Positions 12,401 through 27,800 of a stretch of DNA of 64,000 bases are shown in pieces. The stretch lies in the NCBI RefSeq assembly GCF_009914755.1, contig NC_060925.1. The stretch is one strand, 5' to 3'. The stretch comes from the human T2T-CHM13v2.0 reference genome, Homo sapiens. The position numbers and the translations under genes are program-made. A model generated the notes under the pieces. The model was given only the letters and a program-made list of their open reading frames with translations, had not been told where the DNA came from and ran no database searches. Position 1 is the stretch's first letter. Each line of letters begins with the position of its first letter.

Positions 12401-15400
12401 AAGGAATGGAATCATCGCATAGAATCGAATGGAATTATCATCGAATGGAATCGAATGGTATCAACACCAAACGGAAAAAAACGGAATTATCGAATGGAAT
12501 CGAAGAGAATCTTCGAACGGACCCGAATGGAATCATCTAATGGAATGGAATGGAATAATCCATGGACTCGAATGCAATCATCATCGAATGGAATCAAATG
12601 GAATCATCGAATGGACTCGAATGGAATAATCATTGAACGGAATCGAATGGAATCATCATCGGATGGAAACGAATGGAATCATCATCGAATGGAAATGAAA
12701 GGAGTCATCATCTAATGGAATTGCATGGAATCATCATAAAATGGAATCGAATGGAATCAACATCAAATGGAATCAAATGGAATCATTGAACGGAATTGAA
12801 TGGAATCGTCATCGAATGAATTGAATGCAATCATCGAATGGTCTCGAATGGAATCATCTTCAAATGGAATGGAATGGAATCATCGCATAGAATCGAATGG
12901 AATTATCATCGAATGGAATCGAATGGAATCAACATCAAACGGAAAAAAACGGAATTATCGAATGGAATCGAAGAGAATCATCGAATGGACCCGAATGGAA
13001 TCATCTAATGGAATGGAATGGAATAATCCATGGACACGAATGCAATCATCATCGAATGGAATCGAATGGAATCATCGAATGGACTCGAATGGAATAATCA
13101 TTGAACGGAATCGAATGGAATCATCATCGGATGGAAATGAATGGAATCATCATCGAATGGAATCGAATAGAATTATGGAATGAAATCCAGTGTGATCATC
13201 ATCGAATGGACCCGAATGGAATCATCATCCAACAGAAGCTAATGGAATCAACATCGAATGAATCGAATGGAAACACCATCGAATTCAAAGGAATGGAATT
13301 ACCATGAAATTGAAATGGATGGACTCATCATCGAATGGATTCGGATGGAATCATCGAATAAAATTGATTGAAATCATCATCGAATGAAATCGAATGGTAT
13401 CATTGAATGGAATCGAATGGAATCATCATCAGATGGAAATGAATGGAATCGTCATAGAATGGAATCGAATGGATTCATTGAATGGAATCAGATGGAATCA
13501 TCGAATGGACTGGAATGGAATTATTGAATGGACTCGAAAGGGATCATGATTGAATGGAATTGAATGGAATCATCGAATGGTCTCGATTGGAATCATTATC
13601 AAATGGAATCGAATGGAATCACCGAATAGAATCGAATGGAACAATCATCGAATGGACTCAAATGGAATTATCCTTAAATGGAATCGAATGGAATTATCGA
13701 ATGCAATCGAATAGAATCATCGAATGGACTCGAATGGAATCATCGAACGGAATGGAATGGAACAGTCAATGAACTCGAATGGAATCATCATTGAATGGAA
13801 TCGAATGGAATCATCGAGTGGAATCGAATGGAATTATGATCAAATGGAATCGAATGTAATCATCATCAAATGGAATCAAAAATAACCATCATCAATTGGT
13901 ATTGAATGGAATTGTCATCAAATGGAATTCAAAGGAATCATCATCAAATGGAACCGAATGGAATCCTCATTGAATGGAAATGAAAGGGGTCATCATCTAA
14001 TGGAATCGCATGGAATCATCATCAAATGGAATCGAATGGAATCATCATCAAATGGAATCTAATGGAATCATTGAACAGAATTGAATGGAATCGTCATCGA
14101 ATGAATTGAATGCAATCATCGAATGGTCTCGAATGGAATCATCTTCTAATGGAAAGGAATGGAATCATCGCATAGAATCGAATGGAATTATCATCGAATG
14201 GAATCGAATGGTATCAACACCAAACGGAAAAAAACGGAATTATCGAATGGAATCGAAGAGAATCTTCGAACGGACCCGAATGGAATCATCTAATGGAATG
14301 GAATGGAATAATCCATGGACTCGAATGCAATCATCATCGAATGGAATCGAATGGAATCATCGAATGGACTCGAATTGAATAATCATTGAACGGAATCGAA
14401 TGGAATCATCATCGGATGGAAACGAATGGAATCATCATTGAATGGAAATGAAAGGAGTCATCATCTAATGGAATTGCATGGAATCATCATAAAATGGAAT
14501 CGAATGGAATCAACATCAAATGGAATCAAATGGAATCATTGAACGGAATTGAATGGAATCGTCATCGAATGAATTGACTGCAATCATCGAATGGTCTCGA
14601 ATGTAATCAGATTCTAATGGAAAGGAATGGAATCATCGCATAGAATCGAATGGAATTAACATTGAATGGACTCGAATGGAATCAACATCAAACGGAATCA
14701 AGCGGAATTATCGAATGGAATCGAAGAGAATCATCGAATGGTCTCGAATGGAATCATATTCTAATGGAAAGGAATGGAATTATCGCATAGAATCGAATGG
14801 AATTAACATTGAATGGACTCGAATGGAATCAACATCAAATGGAATCAAGCGGAATTATCGAATGAAATCGAAGAGAATCATCGAATGGACTCGAATGGAA
14901 TCATCTAATGGAATGGAATGGAATAATCCACGGACTCGAATGCAATCATCATCGTATAGAATCGAATGGAATCATCGAATGGACTCGAATGGAATAACCA
15001 TTGAACGGAAGCGAATGGAATCATCATCGGATGGAAACGAATGGAATCATCATCGAATGGAAATGTAAGGAGTCATCATCTAATGGAATTGCATGGAATC
15101 ATCATAAAATGGAATCGAATGGAATCATCATCAAATGGAATCAAATGGAATCATTGAACGGAATTGAATGGAATCGTCATCGAATGAATTGAATGCAATC
15201 ATCGAATGGTCTCGAATGGAATCATCTTCAAATGGAATGGAATGGAATCATCGCATAGAATCGAATGGAATTATCATCGAATGGAATCGAATGGTATCAA
15301 CATCAAACGGAAAAAAACGGAATTATCGAATGGAATCGAAGAGAATCTTCGAACGGACCCGAATGGAATCATCTAATGGAATGGAATGGAATAATCCATG

Positions 15401-15720
15401 GACTCGAATGCAATTATCATCGAATGGAATCGAATGGAATCTTTGAATGGACTCGAATGGAATAATCATTGAACGGAATCGAATGGAATCATCATCGGAT
15501 GGAAACGAATGGAATCATCATCGAATGGAAATGAAAGGAGTCATCATCTAATGGAATTGCATGGAATCATCATAAAATGGAATCGAATGGAATCAACATC
15601 AAATGGAATCAAATGGAATCATTGAACGGAATTGAATGGAATCGTCATCGAATGAATTGAATGCAATCATCGAATGGTCTCGAATGGAATCATCTTCAAA
15701 TGGAATGGAATGGAATCATC
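6500..15720. repeat. Two tandem copies of a 4,612-bp super-unit (1,776 + 2,836)
   Basis: Constant offset 4612: 6916/11528, 7720/12332, 9473/14085, 10064/14676, 11024/15636. Shared rare variants: CATTGAAGGG (6711/11323), extra GAATTC (8669/13281), TATTCTA...TTATCGC (~10145/~14757). Boundaries approximate. Confidence 0.8.
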
Positions 15721-18699
15721 GCATAGAATCGAATGGAATTATCATCGAATGGAATCGAATGGAATCAACATCAAACGGAAAAAAACGGAATTATCGAATG
15801 GAATCGAAGAGAATCATCGAATGGACCCGAATGGAATCATCTAATGGAATGGAATGGAATAATCCATGGACTCGAATGCAATCATCATCGAATGGAATCG
15901 AATGGAATCATCGAATGGACTCAAATGGAATAATCATTGAACGGAATCGAATGGAATCATCATCGGATGGAAATGAATGGAATCATCATCGAATGGAATC
16001 GAATAGAATTATGGAATGAAATCCAGTGTGATCATCATCGAATGGACCCGAATGGAATCATCATCCAACAGAAGCTAATGGAATCAACCTCTAATGAATC
16101 GAATGGAAACACCATCGATTTCAAACGAATGGAATTACCATGAAATTGAAATGGATGGACTCATCATCGAATGGATTCGGATGGAATCATCGAATAAAAT
16201 TGATTGAAATCATCATCGAATGAAATCGAATGGTATCATTGAATGGAATCGAATGGAATCATCATCAGATGGAAATGAATGGAATCGTCATAGAATGGAA
16301 TCGAATGGATTCATTGAATGGAATCAGATGGAATCATCGAATGGACTGGAATGGAATCATTGAATGGACTCGAAAGGGATCATGATTGAATGGAATTGAA
16401 TGGAATCATCGAATGGTCTCGATTGGAATCATTATCAAATGGAATCGAATGGAATCACCGAATAGAATCGAATGGAACAATCATCGAATGGACTCAAATG
16501 GAATTATCCTTAAATGGAATCGAATGGAATTATCGAATGCAATCGAATAGAATCATCGAATGGACTCGAATGGAATCATCGAACGGAATGGAATGGAACA
16601 GTCAATGAACTCGAATGGAATCATCATTGAATGGAATCGAATGGAATCATCGAGTGGAATCGAATGGAATTATGATCAAATGGAATCGAATGTAATCATC
16701 ATCAAATGGAATCAAAAATAACCATCATCAATTGGTATTGAATGGAATTGTCATCAAATGGAATTCAAAGGAATCATCATCAAATGGAACCGAATGGAAT
16801 CCTCATTGAATGGAAATGAAAGGGGTCATCATCTAATGGAATCGCATGGAATCATCGTCAAATGGAATCGAATGGAATCATCATCAAATGGAATCTAATG
16901 GAATCATTGAACAGAATTGAATGGAATCGTCATCGAATGAATTGAATGCAATCATCGAATGGTCTCGAATGGAATCATCTTCTAATGGAAAGGAATGGAA
17001 TCATCGCATAGAATCGAATGGAATTATCATCGAATGGAATCGAATGGTATCAACACCAAACGGAAAAAAACGGAATTATCGAATGGAATCGAAGAGAATC
17101 TTCGAACGGACCCGAATGGAATCATCTAATGGAATGGAATGGAATAATCCATGGACTCGAATGCAATCATCATCGAATGGAATCGAATGGAATCATCGAA
17201 TGGACTCGAATGGAATAATCATTGAACGGAATCGAATGGAATCATCATCGGATGGAAACGAATGGAATCATCATCGAATGGAAATGAAAGGAGTCATCAT
17301 CTAATGGAATTGCATGGAATCATCATAAAATGGAATCGAATGGAATCAACATCAAATGGAATCAAATGGAATCATTGAACGGAATTGAATGGAATCGTCA
17401 TCAAATGAATTGACTGTAATCATCGAATGGTCTCGAATGTAATCAGATTCTAATGGAAAGGAATGGAATCATCGCATAGAATCGAATGGAATGAACATTG
17501 AATGGACTCGAATGGAATCAACATCAAACGGAATCAAGCGGAATTATCGAATGGAATCGAAGAGAATCATCGAATGGTCTCGAATGGAATCATCTTCAAA
17601 TGGAATGGAATGGAATCATCGCATAGAATCGAATGGAATTATCATCGAATGGAATCGAATGGAATCAACATCAAACGGAAAAAAACGGAATTATCGAATG
17701 GAATCGAAGAGAATCATAGAATGGTCCCGAATGGAATCGTCTAATGGAATGGAATGGAATAATCCATGGACTCGAATGCAATCATCATCGAATGGAATCG
17801 AATGGAATCATCGAATGGACTCGAATGGAATAATCATCGAACGGAATCGAATGGAATCATCATCGGATGGAAATGAATAGAATCATCATCGAATGGAATC
17901 GAATAGAATTATGGAATGAAATCCAGTGTGATCATCATCGAATGGACCCGAATGGAATCATCATCCAACGGAAGCTAATGGAATCAACATCCAATGAATC
18001 GAATGGAAACACCATCGAATTGAAACGAATGGAATTATCATGAAATTGAAATGGATGGACTCATCATCGAATGGATTCGAATGGAATCATCGAATAAAAT
18101 TGATTGAAATCATCATCAAATGGAATCGAATGGTATCATTGAATGGAATCGAATGGAATCATCATCAGATGGAAATGAATGGAATCGTCATAGAATGGAA
18201 TCGAATGGATTCATTGAATGGAATCAGATGGAATCATCGAATGGACTGGAATGGAATCATTGAATGGACTCGAAAGGGATCATGATTGAATGGAATTGAA
18301 TGGAATCATCGAATGGTCTCGATTGGAATCATTATCAAATGGAATCGAATGGAATCACCGAATAGAATCGAATGGAACAATCATCGAATGGAGTCAAATG
18401 GAATTATCCTCAAATGGAATCGAATGGAATTATCGAATGCAATCGAATGGAATTATCGAATGCAATCGAATAGAATCATCGAATGGGATCGAATGGAATC
18501 ATCGAATGGAATGGAATGGAACAGTCAATGAACTCGAATGGAATCATCATTGAATGGAATCGAATGCAATCATCGAGTGGAATCGAATGGAATTATGATC
18601 AAATGCAATCGAATGTAATCATCATCAAATGGAATCAAAAATAACCATCATCAATTGGTATTGAATGGAATTGTCATCAAATGGAATTCAAAGGAATCA

Positions 18700-21600
18700 T
18701 CACCAAATGGAACCGAAAGGAATCCTCATTGAATGGAAATGAAAGGGGTCATCATCTAATGGAATCGCATGGAATCATCATCAAATGGAATCGAATGGAA
18801 TCATCATCAGATGGAATCTAATGGAATCATTGAACAGAATTGAATGGAATCGTCATCGAATGAATTGAATGCAATCATCGAATGGTCTCGAACGGAATCA
18901 TCTTCTAATGGAAAGGAATGGAATCATCGCATAGAATCGAATGGAATTAACATTGAATGGACTCGAATGGAATCAACATCAAACGGAATCAAGCGGAATT
19001 ATCGAATGGAATCGAAGAGAATCATCGAATGGACTCGAATGGAATCATCTAATGGAATGGAATGGAATAATCCACGGACTCGAATGCAATCATCATCGTA
19101 TAGAATCGAATGGAATCATCGAAAGGACTCGAAAGGAATAATCATTGAACGGAATCGAATGGAATCATCATCGGATGGAAACGAATGGAATCATCATCGA
19201 ATGGAAATGAAAGGAGTCATCATCTAATGGAATTGCATGGAATCATCATAAAATGGAATCGAATGGAATCATCATCAAATGGAATCAAATGGAATCATTG
19301 AACGGAATTGAATGGAATCGTCATCGAATGAATTGAATGCAATCATCGAATGGTCTCGAATGGAATCATCTTCAAATGGAATGGAATGGAATCATCGCAT
19401 AGAATCGAATGGAATTATCATCGAATGGAATCGAATGGAATCAACATCAAATGGAAAAAAACGGAATTATCGAATGGAATCGAAGAGAATCATCGAATGG
19501 ACCCGAATGGAATCATCTAATGGAATGGAATGGAATAATCCATGGACACGAATGCAATCATCATCGAATGGAATCGAATGGAATCATCGAATGGACTCGA
19601 ATGGAATAATCATCAAACGGAATCGAATGGAATCATCATCGGATGGAAATGAATAGAATCATCATCGAATGGAATCGAATAGAATTATGGAATGAAATCC
19701 AGTGTGATCATCATCGAATGGACCCGAATGGAATCATCATCCAACGGAAGCTAATGGAATCAACATCGAATGAATCGAATGGAAACACCATCGAATTGAA
19801 ACGAATGGAATTATCATGAAATTGAAATGGATGGACTCATCATCGAATGGATTCGAATGGAATCATCGAATAAAATTGATTGAAATCATCATCAAATGGA
19901 ATCGAATGGTATCATTGAATGGAATCGAATGGAATCATCATCAGATGGAAATGAATGGAATCGTCATAGAATGGAATCGAATGGATTCATTGAATGGAAT
20001 CAGATGGAATCATCGAATGGACTGGAATGGAATCACTGAATGGACTCGAAAGGGATCATCATTGAATGGAATTGAATGGAATCATCGAATGGTCTCGATT
20101 GGAATCATTATCAAATGGAATCGAATGAAATCACCGAATAGAATCGAATGGAACAATCATAGAATGGACTCAAATGGAATTATCTTCAAATGGAATCGAA
20201 TGGAATTATCGAATGCAATCGAATGGAATTATCGAATGCAATCGAATAGAATCATCGAATGGACTCGAATGGAATCATCAAATGGAATGGAATGGAACAG
20301 TCAATGAACTCGAATGGAATCATCATTGAATGGAATCGAATGGAATCATCGAGTGGAATCGAATGGAATTATGATCAAATGGAATCGAATGTAATCATCA
20401 TCAAATGGAATCAAAAATAACCATCATCAATTGGTATTGTATGGATTTGTCATCAAATGGAATTCAAAGGAATCATCATCAAATGGAACCGAATGGAATC
20501 CTCATTGAATGGAAATGAAAGGGGTCATCATCTAATGGAATCGCATGGAATCATCATCAAATGGAATCGAATGCAATCTTCATCAAATGGAATCTAATGG
20601 AATCATTGAACAGAATTGAATGGAATCGTCATCAAATGAATTGAATGCAATCATCGAATGGTCTCGAATGGAATCATCTTCTAATGGAAAGGAATGGAAT
20701 CATCGCATAGAATCGAATGGAATTAACATTGAATGGACTCGAATGGAATCCACATCAAACGGAATCAAGCGGAATTATCGAATGGAATCGAAGAGAATCA
20801 TCGAATGGACTCGAATGGAATCATCTAATGGAATGGAATGGAATAATCCACGGACTCGAATGCAATCATCATCGTATAGAATCGAATGGAATCATCGAAT
20901 GGACTCGAATGGAATAATCATTGAACGGAATCAAATGGAATCATCATCGGATGGAAACGAATGGAATCATCATCGAATGGAAATGAAAAGAGTCATCATC
21001 TAATGGAATTGCATGGAATCATCATAAAATGGAATCGAATGGAATCAACATCAAATGGAATCAAATGGAATCATTGAACGGAATTGAATGGAATCGTCAT
21101 CGAATGAATTGAATGCAATCATCGAATGGTCTCGAATGGAATCATCTTCAAATGGAATGGTATGGAATCCTCGCATAGAATCGAATGTAATTATCATCGA
21201 ATGGAATCGAATGAAATCAACAACAAACGGAAAAAAAAGGAATTATCGAATGGAATCGAAGAGAATCATCGAATGGACCCGAATGGAATGATCTAATGGA
21301 ATGGAATGGAATAATCCATGGACTCGAATGCAATCATCATCGAATGGAATCGAATCGAATCATCGAATGGACTCGAATGGAATAATCATTGAACGGAATC
21401 GCATGGAGGCATCATCGGATGGAACTGAATGGAATCATCATCGAATGGAATCGAATAGAATTATGGAATGAAATCCAGGGTGATCATCATCGAATGGACC
21501 CGAATGGAATCATCATCCAACGGAAGCTAATGGAATCAACATCGAATGAATCGAATGGAAACACCATCGAATTGAAACGAATGGAATTATCATGAAAGTG

Positions 21601-24600
21601 AAATGGATGGACTCGTCATCGAATGGATTCGAATGGAATCATCGAATAAAATTGATTGAAATCATCATCAAGTGGAATCGAATGGTATCATTGAATGGAA
21701 TCGAATGGAATCATCAGATGGAAATGAATTGAATCGTCATAGAATGGAATCGAATGGATTCATTGAATGGAATCAGATGGAATCATCGAATGGACTGGAA
21801 TGGAATCATTGAATGGACTCGAAAGGGATCATTATTGAATGGAATTGAATGGAATCATCGAATGGTCTCGATTGGAATCATTATCAAATGCAATCGAATG
21901 GAATCACCGAATAGAATCGAATGGAACAATCATCGAATGGACACAAATGGAATTATCCTCAAATGGAATCGAATGGAATTATCGAATGCAATCGAATGGA
22001 ATTATCGAATGCAATCGAATAGAATCATCGAATAGATTCGAATGGAATCATCGAATGGAATGGAATGGAACAGTCAATGAACTCGAATGGAATCATCATT
22101 GAATGGAATCAAATGGAATCATCGAGTGGAATCGAATGGAATTTTGATCAAAAAGAATCGAATGTAATAATCATCAAATGGAATCAAAAATAACCATCAT
22201 CAATTGGTATTGAATGGAATTGTCATCAAATGGAATTCAAAGGAATCATCATCAAATGGAACCGAATGGAATCCTCATTGAATGGAAATGAAAGGGGTCA
22301 TCATCTAATGGAATCACATGGAATCATCATCAAATGGAATCGAAAGGAATCATCATCAAATGGAATCTAATGGAATCATTGAACAGAATTGAATGGAATC
22401 GTCATCGAATGAATTGAATACAATCATCGAATGGTCTCGAATGGAATCATCTTCTAATGGAAAGGAATGGAATCATCGCATAGAATCGAATGGAATTAAC
22501 ATTGAATGGACTCGAATGGAATCAACATCTAACGGAATCAAGCGGAATTATCGAATGTAATCGAAGAGAACCATCGAATGGACTCGAATGGAATCATCTA
22601 ATGGAATGGAATGGAATAATCCACGGACCCGAATGCAATCATCATCGTATAGAATCGAATGGAATCATTGAATGGACTCGAATGGAATCATCATTGAACG
22701 CAATCGAATGGAATCATCATCGGATGGAAACGAATGGAATTATCATCGAATGGAAATGAAAGGAGTCATCATCTAATGGAATCGCATGGAATCATCATAA
22801 AATGGAATCGAATGGAATCAACATCAAATGGAATCAAATGGAATCATTGAACGGAATTGAATGGAATCGTCATCGTATGAATTGAATGCAATCATCGAAT
22901 GGTCTCGAATGGAATCATCTTCAAATGGAATGGAATGGAATCATCGCATAGAATCGAATGGAATTATCATCGAATGGAATCGAATGGTATCAACACCAAA
23001 CGGAAAAAAACGGAATTATCGAATGGAATCGAAGAGAATCTTCGAACGGACCCGAATGGAATCATCTAATGGAAAGGAATGGAATAATCCATGGACTCGA
23101 ATCCAATAATCATCGAATGGAATCGAATGGAATCATTGAAAGGACTCTAATGGAATAATCATTGAACGGAATCGAATGGAATCATCATCGAATGGAAACT
23201 AATGGAATCATCATCGAATGGAAATGAAAGGAGTCATCTAATGGAATTGCACGGAATCAACATAAAATGGAATCGAATGGAATCAACATCAAATGGAATG
23301 AAATGGAATCATTGAACGGAATTGAATGGAATCTTCATCGAATGAATTGAATGCAATCATCGAATGGTCTCGAATGGAATCATCTTCAAATGGAATGGAA
23401 TGGAATCATCGCATAGAATCGAATGGAATTATCATCGAATGGAATCGAATGGAATCAACATCAAACGGAAAAAAACGGAATTATCGAATGGAATCGAAGA
23501 GAATCATAGAATGGTCCCGAATGGAATCGTCTAATGGAATGGAATGGAATAATCCATGGACTCGAATGCAATCATCATCTAATGGAATCGAATGGAATCA
23601 TCGAATGGACTCGAATGGAATAATCATTGAACGGAATCGAATGGAATCATCATCGGATGGAAATTAATGGAATCATTATCGAATGGAATCGAATAGAATA
23701 ATGGAATGAAATCCAGTGTCATCATCATCGAATGGACCCGAATGGAATCATCATCCAACGGAAGCTAATGGAATCAACATCGAATGAATCGAATGGAAAC
23801 ACCATCGAATTGAAACGAGTGGAATTATCATGAAATTGAAATGGATGGACTCATCATCGAATGGATTCGAATGGAATCATCGAATAAAATTGATTGAAAT
23901 CGTCATCAAATGGAATCGAATGGAAGCATTGAATGGAATCGAATGGAATCATCATCAGATGGAAATGAATGGAATCGTCATAGAATGGAATCGAATGGAT
24001 TCATTGAATGGAATCAGATGGAATCTTCGAATGGACTGGAATGGAATCATTGAATGGACTCGAAAGGGATCATTATTGAATGGAATTGAATTGAATCATC
24101 GAATGGTCTCGATTGGAATCATTATCAAATGGAATCGAATGGAATCACCGAATAGAATCGAATGGAACAATCATCGAATGGACTCAAATGAAATTATCCT
24201 CAAGTGGAATCGAATGGAATTATCGAATGCAATCGAATGGAATTATCGAATGCAATCGAATAGAATCATCGAATGGACTCGAATGGAATCATCAAATGGA
24301 ATGGAATGGAACAGTCAATGAACTCGAATGGAATCATCATTGAATGGAATCGAATGGAATCATCGAGTGGAATCGAATGGAATTATGATCAAATGGAATC
24401 GAATGTAATCATCATCAAATGGAATCAAAAATAACCATCATCAATTGGTATTCAATGGAATTGTCATCAAATGGAATTCAAAGGTATCATCATCAAATGG
24501 AACCGAATGGAATCCTCATTGAATGGAAATGAAAGGGGTCATCATCTAATGGAATCGCATGGAATCATCATCAAATGGAATCGAATGGAATCATCATCAA

Positions 24601-24620
24601 ATGGAATCTAATGGAATCAT
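18700..24620. repeat. ~5.9-kb block, copy 1 of a duplication at +12,865
   Basis: Offsets 18844/31709, 19816/32681, 20620/33485, 21088/33953, 22490/35355, 22861/35726, 23326/36191 all equal 12865, with many shared private variants. Confidence 0.9.
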
Positions 24621-24810
24621 TGAACAGAATTGAATGGAACCGTCATCGAATGAATTGAATGCAATCATCGAATGGTCTCGAATGGAATCATCTTCTAATG
24701 GAAAGGAATGGAATCATCGCATAGAATCGAATGGAATTAACATTGAATGGACTCGAATGGAATCAACATCAAACGGAATCAAGCGGAATTATCGTATGGA
24801 ATCGAAGAGA

Positions 24811-27800
24811 ATCATGGAATGGACTCGAATGGAATCATCTAATGGAATGGAATGGAATAATCCACGGACTCGAATGCAATCATCATCGTATAGAATCGAA
24901 TGGAATCATCGAATGGACTCGAATGGAATAATCATTGAACGGAATCGAATGGAATCATCATCGGATGGAAACGAATGGAATCATCATCGAATGGAAATGA
25001 AAGGAGTCATCATCTAATGGAATTGCATGGAATCATCATAAAATGGAATCGAATGGAATCAACATCAAATGGAATCAAATGGAATCATTGAACGGAATTG
25101 AATGGAATCGTCATCGAATGAATTGAATGCAATCATCGAATGGTCTCGAATGGAATCATCTTCAAATGGAATGGAATGGAATCATCGCATAGAATCGAAT
25201 GGAATTATCATCGAATGGAATCGAATGGAATCAACATCAAACGGAAAAATCGGAATTATCGTATGGAATCGAAGAGAATCATCGAATGGACCCGAATGGA
25301 ATCATCTAATGGAGTGGAATGGAATAATCCACGGACTCGAATGCAATCATCATCGAATGGAATCGAATGGAATCATCGAATGGACTCGAATGGAATAATC
25401 ATCGAACGGAATCGAATGGCGTCATCATCGGATGGAAATGAATGGAATCATCATCGAATGGAATCGAATAGAATTATGGAATGAAATCCAGTGTGATCAT
25501 CATCGAATGGACCCGAATGGAATCATCATCCAACGGAAGCTAATGGAATCAACATCGAATGAATCGAATGGAAACACCATCGAATTGAAACGAATGGAAT
25601 TATCATGAAATTGAAATGGATGGACTCATCATCGAATGGATTCGAATGGAATCATCGAATAAAATTGATTGAAATCATCAACAAATGGAATCGAATGGTA
25701 TCATTGAATGGAATCGAATGGAATCATCATCAGATAGAAATGAATGGAATCGTCATAGAATGGAATCGAATGGTTTCATTGAATGGAATCAGATGGAATC
25801 ATCGAATGGACTGGAATGGAATCATTGAATGGACTCGAAAGGATTCATTATTGAATGGAATTGAATGGAATCATCGAATGGTCTCGATTCGAATCATTAT
25901 CAAATGGAATCGAATGGAATCACCGAATAGAATCGCATGGAACAATCATCGAATGGACTCAAATGGAATTATCCTCAAATGGAATCGAATGGAAATATCG
26001 AATGCAATCGAATGGAATTATCGAATGCAATCGAATAGAATCATCGAATGGACTCGAATGGAATCATCGAATGGAATGGAATGGAACAGTCAATGAACTC
26101 GAATGGAATCATCATTGAATGGAATCGAATGGAATCATCGAGTGGAATCGAATGGAATTATGATCAAATGGAATCGAATGTAATCATCATCAAATGGAAT
26201 CAAAAATAACCATCATCAATTGGTATTGAATGGAATTGTCATCAAATGGAATTCAAAGGAATCATCATCAAATGGAACCGAATGGAATCCTCATTGAATG
26301 GAAATGAAAGGGGTCATCATCTAATGGAATCGCATGGAATCATCATCAAATGGAATCGAATGGAATCATCATCAAATGGAATCTAATGGAATCATTGAAC
26401 AGAATTGAATGGAATCGTCATCGAATGAATTGAATGCAATCATCGAATGGTCTCGAATGGAATCATCTTCTAATGGAAAGGAATGGAATCACCGCATAGA
26501 ATCGAATGGAATTAACATAGAATGGACTCGAATGGAATCCACATCAAACGGAATCAAGCGGAATTATCGAATGGAATCGAAGAGAATCATCGAATGGACT
26601 CGAATGGAATCATCTAATGGAATGGAATGGAATAATCCACGGACTCGAATGCAATCATCATCGTATAGAATCGAATGGAATCATTGAATGGACTCGAATG
26701 GAATAATCATTGAACGGAATCAAATGGAATCATCATCGGATGGAAACGAATGGAATCATCATGGAATGGAAAAGAAAAGAGTCATCATCTAATGGAATTG
26801 CATGGAATCATCATAAAATGGAATCGAATGGAATCAACATCAAATGGAATCAAATGGAATCATTGAACGGAATTGAATGGAATCGTCATCGAATGAATTG
26901 AATGCAATCATCGAATGGTCTCGAATGGAATCATCTTCTAATGGAAAGTAATGGAATCATCGCATAGAATCGAATGGAATTAAAATTGAATGGACTCGAA
27001 TGGAATCAACATCAAACGGAAAAAAAGGGAATTATCGAATGGAATCGAAGAGAATCATCGAATGGACCCGAATGGAATCATCTAATGGAATGGAATGGAA
27101 TAATCCATGGACTCGAATGCAATCATCATCGAATGGAATCGAATGGAATCATCGAATGGACTCGAATGGAATAATCATTGAACGGAATCGAATGGAATCA
27201 TCATCGGATGGAAACGAATGGAATCATCATCGAATGGAAATGAAAGGAGTCATGTAATGGAATTACATGGAATCATCATAAAATGGAATTGAATGGAATC
27301 AACATCAAATGGAATCCAATGGAATCATTGAACGGAATTGAATGAATCGTCTTCGAATCAATTGAATGCAATCATCGAATGGTCTCGAATGGAATCATGT
27401 TCAAATGGAATGGAATGGAATCATCGCATAGAATCGAATGTAATTATCGTCGAATGGAATCGAATGAAATCAACAACAAACGGAAAAAAAAAGGAATTAT
27501 CGAATGGAATCAAAGAGAATCATCAAATGGACCCGAATGGAATCATCTAATGGAATGGAATGGAATAATCCATGGACTCGAATGCAATCATCATCGAATG
27601 GACTCGAATGGAATAATCATAGAACGGAATCGAATGGAATCATCATCGGATGGAAATTAATGGAATCATCATCGAATGGAATCGAATAGAATTATGGAAT
27701 GAAATCCAGTGTGATCATCATCGAATGCACCCGAATGGAATCATCATCCAACGGAATCTAATGGAAACAACATCGAATGAATCGAATGGAAACACCATCG

